The position numbers and the translations under genes are program-made. The notes beneath the pieces were generated by a model, which saw only the letters and a program-made list of their open reading frames with translations, did not search any database and was not told where the DNA came from. From Eubacteriales bacterium (GTDB lineage Bacteria > Bacillota > Clostridia > Oscillospirales > QAKW01): 51,858 nt of DNA. Shown piece after piece: positions 44,997 through 51,858 of this stretch. The stretch is from NCBI GenBank assembly GCA_045660845.1, contig JAZREO010000139.1:1-51858 (forward strand), written 5' to 3'. Each line of letters begins with the position of its first letter. The first letter of the stretch is position 1.

Positions 44997-47825
44997 TTAC
45001 TTTACACCAGACTTTTTGAGATAAATTCCGGTGAAGCTTTTTTCGCACGCCGCAACGGTTTCGGGTGTTCCGGTGGTCACTACAGTGCCACCTTTGTCGC
45101 CGCCCTCAGGTCCCAGATCGATAATATAATCAGCCGTCTTGATCACATCCAGATTGTGTTCAATGACAACTACGGTATTCCCAGTATCAACCAGACGTTG
45201 CAGCACAGTGATCAGCATCTGCACATCTGCAGTATGCAGACCAGTGGTAGGTTCATCAAGAATATAGATTGTCTGCCCGGTAGGGCGTTTAGAAAGTTCT
45301 GTCGCCAATTTTACGCGCTGCGCCTCGCCGCCGGAAAGCGTAGTAGAAGGTTGCCCGATTTTCACATAAGAAAGCCCCACATCATAAAGTGTCTGCAACT
45401 TTCTGCGGATCTTTGAATGGTTTTCAAAGAAGTAAAGTCCCTCTTCAACGGTCATATCCAATACATCAGCAATGGACTTATCTTTATATTTAACCTCAAG
45501 GGTTTCCCGATTATAACGCTTACCCTTACACACCTCGCAAGGAATATAAACATCCGGCAAGAAGTGCATTTCGATTTTAACAATACCGTCACCCTGGCAG
45601 GCTTCGCACCTCCCGCCGCGGACATTAAAGGAAAACCGGCTGGAGCTATACCCTCGCGCCTTTGCCCCATTAGTAGAGGCGAACAGGTCACGAATATCTG
45701 TAAAGACCGAGGTATAGGTAGCAGGATTTGAGCGAGGGGTCCTTCCAATGGGTGACTGATCAATATCGATGACTTTATCCAGATGCTCAAGCCCTTTGAT
45801 CTCCCGAACCTTTCCCGGGAAAGATTTGGCACCGTTCAATTCGTGCGCCAGGGTTTTATAGATAACAGAATTAACCAAAGAAGACTTACCCGAGCCAGAC
45901 ACACCGGTAACGCAGGTAAAGGTACCCAGCGGAATCTTTACATTCACCCTCTTCAGATTGTTTTCCTCTGCGCCGATGACCTCGAGAAACTTTCCGTTTC
46001 CTGCCCGACGCTCCTTGGGGATCTCAATTTTCTTTTTCCCACTGAGATACTGTCCGGTCAGTGAATGTTCGCAGTCCATCACCTCTTGCGGTGTACCGCT
46101 GCAAACCACTTCGCCGCCGTGGATTCCCGCGCCGGGGCCGATGTCCACGATGTAGTCGGCAGCGCGCATGGTATCCTCATCGTGCTCCACTACGATCAAT
46201 GTGTTTCCCAGATCTCTTAGGCGCTGCAAGGTAGCGATCAGTTTGTCATTATCCCGCTGATGCAGACCGATTGAAGGCTCGTCCAAGATATAGAGTACCC
46301 CCATCAGTGAGGAGCCAATCTGGGTTGCAAGACGAATTCGCTGGCTTTCACCGCCAGAAAGGGTCCCCGCGCTGCGGGAAAGGGTCAGATATTCCAATCC
46401 GACGCTCCTCAAAAAGGTCAGCCGCTCAACGATTTCTTTCAGTACCCGTTCACCGATCATTCGATCCTTTTCAGACAACTCAAGATTTTGAAAGAATTCC
46501 GCCGCCGCCGTCACCGAAAGATCGGTCACCTCTGCAATATTGCGATCCCCCACCGTCACGCATAGAACATCCTTTTTCAGGCGCTTTCCGCAACAGGCAG
46601 GGCACGGGCAATCGCTCATGACATTTTCAATCTCACGGCGGATCCATTCGCTGTTAGTTTCTTTAAAACGCCGCTCCAGATTGGGTATGATCCCCTCAAA
46701 CGAGGAGCTGTATGCCACCGAACCAAAAGAAGAATTTCGCTTCATATCCAGTTTTTCGCCGTTGTTGCCATAGAGCAGGACATTCTGTTGTTCCTTTGTA
46801 AGCTCTTCAAAAGGTGTATTCAAGGAAAAATCATACTTTTCACTTAACGCACGAAAATACATTCTGGCAATATTATCGCCGCCAGATAGATACCAGCCGC
46901 TGGCGCGGATCGCACCCTCATTAATAGAAAGCTGAGGCTTTGGCACCACCAAAGCAGGATCCACCTTCATCAAAAAACCAAGTCCGTCACATTCCGGGCA
47001 GGCACCGAAAGGATTATTGAAGGAAAACATCCGAGGAGAGAGCTCCTCCATGGAAAATCCGTGCTCCGGGCAGGTAAAATCCTGGGAAAACAGGATCTCC
47101 TCTTTCCCTTCCGGTGAAACGATCACAAGACCTTCTGCTTGATGCAGCGCAGTTTCTATAGAGTCCGTCAAACGCTGCTGGATGCCGTCTTTCATAATCA
47201 ATCGATCCACAACGATCTCGATGAAATGTTTGATATTTTTATCCAGCTTGATCTCTTCAGACAGATCATAGAGACTGCCGTCTACCCGCACCCGAACAAA
47301 GCCGCTACGCTTAGCATCCTCCAGCAGCTTTTGGTGCTCACCTTTTCTGCCGCGGACAACCGGAGCTAAAATCGTCATTTTGGTACGCTCGGGCAGTTCG
47401 CAGACACGATCCACGATCTGATCCACTGTCTGCTGAGCGATCTCGCGCCCACAGATGGGGCAATGAGGCTTGCCGATCCGCGCGAAAAGCAGACGTAGAT
47501 AATCATAAATTTCTGTCACTGTACCGACAGTGGAACGGGGGTTTTTTGAGGTGGTTTTTTGGTCAATAGAGATGGCGGGAGAAAGACCGGAAATATGATC
47601 CACATCCGGTTTATTCATCTGTCCTAAAAACATCCGTGCATAGGAAGAAAGGCTCTCCACATAACGACGACGCCCCTCGGCATAGATGGTATCAAAAGCA
47701 AGAGATGTCTTGCCGGATCCGGAAAGACCGGTAAACACAACCAGCTTGTCCCGGGGGATCTTCAGATCGATATTTTTAAGGTTGTTTTCTCTCGCACCCT
47801 TAATTGTTATAAAATCCTTTGCCAT
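44997..47825 (-). CDS. uvrA: excinuclease ABC subunit A
   Basis: 942 aa with two ABC modules ([18 protein letters not shown]; LSGGE.QR twice) and zinc-finger Cys clusters. Confidence 0.97.
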   Translation of the reverse strand: MAKDFITIKGARENNLKNIDLKIPRDKLVVFTGLSGSGKTSLAFDTIYAEGRRRYVESLSSYARMFLGQMNKPDVDHISGLSPAISIDQKTTSKNPRSTVGTVTEIYDYLRLLFARIGKPHCPICGREIAQQTVDQIVDRVCELPERTKMTILAPVVRGRKGEHQKLLEDAKRSGFVRVRVDGSLYDLSEEIKLDKNIKHFIEIVVDRLIMKDGIQQRLTDSIETALHQAEGLVIVSPEGKEEILFSQDFTCPEHGFSMEELSPRMFSFNNPFGACPECDGLGFLMKVDPALVVPKPQLSINEGAIRASGWYLSGGDNIARMYFRALSEKYDFSLNTPFEELTKEQQNVLLYGNNGEKLDMKRNSSFGSVAYSSSFEGIIPNLERRFKETNSEWIRREIENVMSDCPCPACCGKRLKKDVLCVTVGDRNIAEVTDLSVTAAAEFFQNLELSEKDRMIGERVLKEIVERLTFLRSVGLEYLTLSRSAGTLSGGESQRIRLATQIGSSLMGVLYILDEPSIGLHQRDNDKLIATLQRLRDLGNTLIVVEHDEDTMRAADYIVDIGPGAGIHGGEVVCSGTPQEVMDCEHSLTGQYLSGKKKIEIPKERRAGNGKFLEVIGAEENNLKRVNVKIPLGTFTCVTGVSGSGKSSLVNSVIYKTLAHELNGAKSFPGKVREIKGLEHLDKVIDIDQSPIGRTPRSNPATYTSVFTDIRDLFASTNGAKARGYSSSRFSFNVRGGRCEACQGDGIVKIEMHFLPDVYIPCEVCKGKRYNRETLEVKYKDKSIADVLDMTVEEGLYFFENHSKIRRKLQTLYDVGLSYVKIGQPSTTLSGGEAQRVKLATELSKRPTGQTIYILDEPTTGLHTADVQMLITVLQRLVDTGNTVVVIEHNLDVIKTADYIIDLGPEGGDKGGTVVTTGTPETVAACEKSFTGIYLKKSGVK

Positions 47826-47828
47826 TTG

Positions 47829-49802
47829 CTATTTCTGGTCCCCTTTCAATGCAGCGATCTTATCACGCAGCATAGCGGCATATTCGAATTCCAACATCAT
47901 TGCCGCCTCCTTCATCTGTTTCTCCAGATCGCAGATCATAGCTTGCTTCTCATCCTGAGAAAACTTCAGTTTGCGGCGTGCAGGTGTGGTTGGTATGACA
48001 CCGATATCCAAAATCTCCCGAACATCCTTGGTGATGGTCGTCGGAATAATACCGTTTTTCTCATTGTATTCCATTTGAATGGTGCGGCGCCGTTCCGTCT
48101 CCCGAATTGCCCGTTCCATCGAGGGCGTCACTTGGTCGGCATACATGATAACACGCCCTTCCGCGTTTCTGGCAGCACGTCCAATGGTCTGGATCAGCGC
48201 GGTTTCACTACGCAAAAACCCCTCTTTATCCGCATCCAGGATCGCTACCAAAGATACCTCCGGAATATCCAATCCTTCCCGCAGCAAATTGATACCTACC
48301 AGGACATCAAAGACACCCAGCCGCAGATCTCGGACAATCTCCATCCGCTCCACTGTCTTGACATCATAGTGCAAGTATTTAACCTTTACACCCATGCCTT
48401 CCAGGTACTCGGTCAAATCCTCTGCCATTCGCTTTGTAAGCGTCGTAACAAGGACTCTGGACTTATGTTCGACGCAACGATGGATTTCTGCCAAGAGGTC
48501 GTCCATCTGCCCCTCCACTGGGCGAACCGATATTTCGGGGTCCAGCAAACCGGTGGGTCGAATGATCTGCTCCGCGACCTGCTCACTACGCTCCAATTCA
48601 TACGCTGCGGGGGTCGCGCTAACATATAGAACCTTATCCAAGTGGCAGGTAAATTCTTGAAAATTCAGCGGACGGTTATCAAAGGCGGAGGGCAGTCGAA
48701 AGCCGTAGTTTATCAGCATTTCTTTGCGTGACCGATCCCCGCCATACATCCCCCGCACCTGGGGCAAAGTGACATGGGACTCATCCACGATCAAGAGGAA
48801 ATCATCTCCAAAAAAATCTAACAAAGTAGCCGGAGGGCTGCCTGGCGCCCGGCCGCTCAAGTGCCGGGAATAATTCTCGATACCCGTACAAAAGCCGATC
48901 TCACTCAGCATCTCCAGGTCATATCGAGTCCTTTGTTCAATACGCTGAGCCTCCAGTAATTTCCCATTTTGATTAAAATAGGTGATTCGCTCCTCCAACT
49001 CCTTCTCAATGGCCTTTAATGCCTTCTCCCGTTTTTCGTCGCCGATAACATAATGAGAAGCCGGATAGATCGCCACATGGCTCAGGTCGCGCTTTAATTC
49101 CCCGGTCAGATGGTCGATTTCAGAAATACGTTCGATCTCGTCACCGAAAAATTCGATCCGGATCACTGTATCGGAAGAAGCTGCAGGAAAAATCTCCAAG
49201 ACATCCCCGCGCACCCGAAATTTATCGCGGGTAAAGTCAAAATCATTGCGTTCATATTGAATACGGACCAAATGCTCAACAACGTCATCACGTTCTTTGA
49301 TCATACCGGGACGTAACGAGAGCATCAGATTTTTATATTCATCCGGTTCACCCAAACCGTAGATACAGGAAACTGAAGATACAACAATGACATCTTTACG
49401 CTCCAGCAGCGAAAAAGTGGCGCTGTGGCGCAGTTTATCAATTTCATCGTTAACGGAGCTATCTTTTTCAATATAGGTGTCTGAGGACGGAATATATGCC
49501 TCCGGCTGGTAGTAATCGTAATAAGAGACAAAATATTCAACAGCGTTATTAGGGAAAAACTCTTTAAATTCACTGCATAACTGTGCTGCGAGTGTTTTAT
49601 TATGAGCGAGAACAAGCGTCGGCTTGTTCACATTAGCGATAATATTTGCCATCGTGAAGGTCTTACCCGAACCTGTTACACCAAGCAAGACCTGCTCCTT
49701 TTTCCCCTCCAGGATGCCGTCTGTCAGCTTTTGTATGGCTTCCGGCTGATCACCGGTAGGCTTGTATTTTGATACCAGCTGAAACTCATTCATATCAGAC
49801 AC
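47829..49802 (-). CDS. uvrB: excinuclease ABC subunit B
   Basis: [14 protein letters not shown] and a C-terminal UVR motif ([12 protein letters not shown]). Confidence 0.97.
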   Translation of the reverse strand: MSDMNEFQLVSKYKPTGDQPEAIQKLTDGILEGKKEQVLLGVTGSGKTFTMANIIANVNKPTLVLAHNKTLAAQLCSEFKEFFPNNAVEYFVSYYDYYQPEAYIPSSDTYIEKDSSVNDEIDKLRHSATFSLLERKDVIVVSSVSCIYGLGEPDEYKNLMLSLRPGMIKERDDVVEHLVRIQYERNDFDFTRDKFRVRGDVLEIFPAASSDTVIRIEFFGDEIERISEIDHLTGELKRDLSHVAIYPASHYVIGDEKREKALKAIEKELEERITYFNQNGKLLEAQRIEQRTRYDLEMLSEIGFCTGIENYSRHLSGRAPGSPPATLLDFFGDDFLLIVDESHVTLPQVRGMYGGDRSRKEMLINYGFRLPSAFDNRPLNFQEFTCHLDKVLYVSATPAAYELERSEQVAEQIIRPTGLLDPEISVRPVEGQMDDLLAEIHRCVEHKSRVLVTTLTKRMAEDLTEYLEGMGVKVKYLHYDVKTVERMEIVRDLRLGVFDVLVGINLLREGLDIPEVSLVAILDADKEGFLRSETALIQTIGRAARNAEGRVIMYADQVTPSMERAIRETERRRTIQMEYNEKNGIIPTTITKDVREILDIGVIPTTPARRKLKFSQDEKQAMICDLEKQMKEAAMMLEFEYAAMLRDKIAALKGDQK

Positions 49803-49845
49803 CTCCTGTAATGATCTTTGAACTGTTATAGTATATCACAAGATC

Positions 49846-49890
49846 TCTAAAAAAGAAAGGCATACTGCAAAAAAGTTGCAGTATACCTTT
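49846..49890 (-). terminator. terminator after the CapD-like gene
   Basis: On the minus strand AAAGGTATACTGCA-ACTTTTT-TGCAGTATGCCTTT has one mismatch and is followed by CTTTTTT. Confidence 0.7.
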
Positions 49891-49907
49891 TATCTTTGAT
49901 TTGACAC

Positions 49908-51785
49908 TTACAGTTTTGCAGCGTCCCGCTTATAGGTGGGCACAATTTCCGCCACAATATCCTTCATATCCAAAGATTCAGAACGATATGCCTCCTCCAG
50001 CCGTTTCAACTGGCGTTTAAACTCCTCGTCGTCCATCTCAATAGGTCGACCGATATGGATCAGTTTGTTTTCTGTCTCCTGCAGCCCCTCTTCATCCATC
50101 AGCAATTCTTCATACAACTTTTCGCCGGGACGCAGACCGGTGTACTTGATCTGGATATCATAGTCTGGCTCAAAGCCCGAAAGACGGATCAAATTCCGCG
50201 CCATGTCAGCAATTTTAACGGGCTGCCCCATATCGAGAACATAGATCTCGCCGCCCTTGGCATAATACCCAGCCTGCAGTACAAGCGAAACCGCCTCAGG
50301 GATAGTCATAAAGAAACGAGTGATATCCGGATGGGTAACAGTAACAGGACCGCCTTCAGCAATCTGCTTTTCAAATAGCGGAATTACGCTTCCGTTGCTA
50401 CCCAAGACATTGCCAAATCGAACCGCAACAAACTCTGTATCCGCAGACGCACGGTTCATCATCTGCACCACCATCTCACACAGCCGTTTAGATGCACCCA
50501 TGATATTCGTGGGATTGACCGCCTTATCGGTAGAGATCAAAACAAACTTTTCAACGCCGTATTTCACAGATGCTTGCGCCATCTTATAGGTACCAAAAAC
50601 ATTATTTTTGATCGCTTCGTTAGGGCTATCCTCCATTAACGGAACATGCTTATGCGCTGCCGCATGAAAGACGATATCCGGTCTATATTTACCCAAAACA
50701 AAATCCAACCGGGCAGCGTTTCTAACTGAACCGATCAAAACCACCAGGTCTAAATGGGGATATTTGCGCTGGAGTTCCATCTGGATCTCATAGGCATTAT
50801 TTTCATAAATATCAAAAATTAACAAAGTTTTCGGGGAGGCGAGTGCAATCTGGCGGCAAAGCTCACTACCGATAGATCCACCGCCGCCGGTCACCATGAC
50901 GACCTTGCCGGAAATATAATGATAGATCTCATCCAGATTGACCTCAACCGGATCGCGACCAAGCAGATCCTGAATCTCCACCTTGCGCCGCTTATTCGCA
51001 CCCACTCTGCCATTTACAAGCTGATAGATCCCTGGAACGATCTCAACCTTACAGCCGGTTTCGCAGCAGATATCCAGTAATTTTTTTCTATCCTTACCGC
51101 TACAGCTGGGGATGGCAAAAATGATCTTATCCACTTCATACCTGGACGCGGAATCAACGATATCATCGCGGTTACCTACAATGGGAACCCCTTCTAAACG
51201 GCACCCTTCTTTCTGGGGATTATCATCGATAAAGCATACAACTTTACCATTGATCTGATCGCTTTCTTGAAACTCTCGCAAGATCATACGTCCGGCAAAG
51301 CCGGCGCCAATGATCATAATTCGCTCCAACGGACCTTTCCCGGAATGACGTTTGAAAACCAAGCTGGATAATATAAGGGTAATTCTGCGTCCAAATCGAA
51401 TCGCAAGAGTAGAAATAAAACTGAAGATCCAGCCAAGTGCATAATAGGAGCGGGGCATCTGGAGTTGGAAAATTATGATCAAAGCAACGCCAACCACCAC
51501 TAAAATCACATGGGCCAAAGCAACACGAAACAGATCCTCCTGCCCCGCAAAACTCGGAATGTTATTGTAAAGACGCATTAGCATAAAAACCAATAGAGAA
51601 AATACAATCCAAATTCCAATCGTTTCTATGTATGTGTTGATATAATTAACCGGGATTGCAGAAAAATTAAATTCATACCGCAACCATAAAGCAGCAATAA
51701 AAGAACCGGCAATTGCAATAGCGTCCAAAACCGCCAAGACAAACATGATACGCAACCGTTTGCCCTTGGATATCGAAAGTTTCAT
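49908..51785 (-). CDS. membrane-anchored polysaccharide biosynthesis protein, CapD/PglF/WbpM-like UDP-HexNAc 4,6-dehydratase
   Basis: Four N-terminal TM segments, a Rossmann 1 region (IIGAGFAG), then the SDR dehydratase domain (VMVTGGGGSIGSEL, NVFGTYKM, STDKAVNPTNIMGASKR). Confidence 0.9.
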   Translation of the reverse strand: MKLSISKGKRLRIMFVLAVLDAIAIAGSFIAALWLRYEFNFSAIPVNYINTYIETIGIWIVFSLLVFMLMRLYNNIPSFAGQEDLFRVALAHVILVVVGVALIIIFQLQMPRSYYALGWIFSFISTLAIRFGRRITLILSSLVFKRHSGKGPLERIMIIGAGFAGRMILREFQESDQINGKVVCFIDDNPQKEGCRLEGVPIVGNRDDIVDSASRYEVDKIIFAIPSCSGKDRKKLLDICCETGCKVEIVPGIYQLVNGRVGANKRRKVEIQDLLGRDPVEVNLDEIYHYISGKVVMVTGGGGSIGSELCRQIALASPKTLLIFDIYENNAYEIQMELQRKYPHLDLVVLIGSVRNAARLDFVLGKYRPDIVFHAAAHKHVPLMEDSPNEAIKNNVFGTYKMAQASVKYGVEKFVLISTDKAVNPTNIMGASKRLCEMVVQMMNRASADTEFVAVRFGNVLGSNGSVIPLFEKQIAEGGPVTVTHPDITRFFMTIPEAVSLVLQAGYYAKGGEIYVLDMGQPVKIADMARNLIRLSGFEPDYDIQIKYTGLRPGEKLYEELLMDEEGLQETENKLIHIGRPIEMDDEEFKRQLKRLEEAYRSESLDMKDIVAEIVPTYKRDAAKL

Positions 51786-51858
51786 AACACAAACTCCTAA
51801 TTATCTTTTATACTGATAATAAATTATCATATTTAAATCCTATTTTCAATAGGTTTCT

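Noticed and set aside
47826-48629. 267 aa ORF antisense to uvrB
   Set aside because: Shadow ORF. uvrB is intact and highly conserved on the opposite strand.
49803-49845. LexA (Cheo box, GAAC-N4-GTTC) operator upstream of uvrB
   Set aside because: Only half-site-like fragments are present (GAACTGTT, CAGTTC), and no properly spaced palindrome exists on either strand. I also could not define a convincing uvrB promoter.

Overview
The window looks like a chromosomal segment from a spore-forming Firmicute. The gene order is Clostridia-like, but that taxonomic call is an inference from synteny and the sporulation genes sigK, cwlD, ytvI, cwlJ and gerQ. I count about 54 protein genes, a 3-tRNA operon (Asp-Phe-Cys), no rRNA, no CRISPR and no recognisable transposon or prophage. 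Layout: (i) 1-8352 (+) is one terminator-bounded operon for a TagF-type glycopolymer exported by an ABC transporter. It holds a GT2/TagF fusion, an ATP-grasp/HAD fusion, TagG/TagH-like exporter genes, rmlA, rmlB and araD. (ii) 8.4-16.8 kb is mixed-strand: cwlD, radA, an HD-domain protein, ytvI, an ACT protein plus a catalytic-only aspartokinase, sigK, a small orphan, a HAD-IIA phosphatase and a XerC-like recombinase. (iii) 16.8-51.8 kb is almost entirely minus-strand housekeeping. It runs pepP-like, tRNAs, hslO, a methyltransferase, yerC, obg and rplU-prp-rpmA. Then comes a 21.3 kb, 23-gene gapless array from yicC to recN, followed by cwlJ-gerQ, uvrBA and a CapD-like dehydratase. I see no clear-cut new multi-gene system such as a defence island. 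The best novelty candidates are the glycopolymer operon, especially the ATP-grasp/HAD fusion and the co-transcribed araD with rmlAB but no rmlCD, and the ACT protein plus truncated aspartokinase pair. All functional calls rest on motifs read from the ORF translations. No database search was run.
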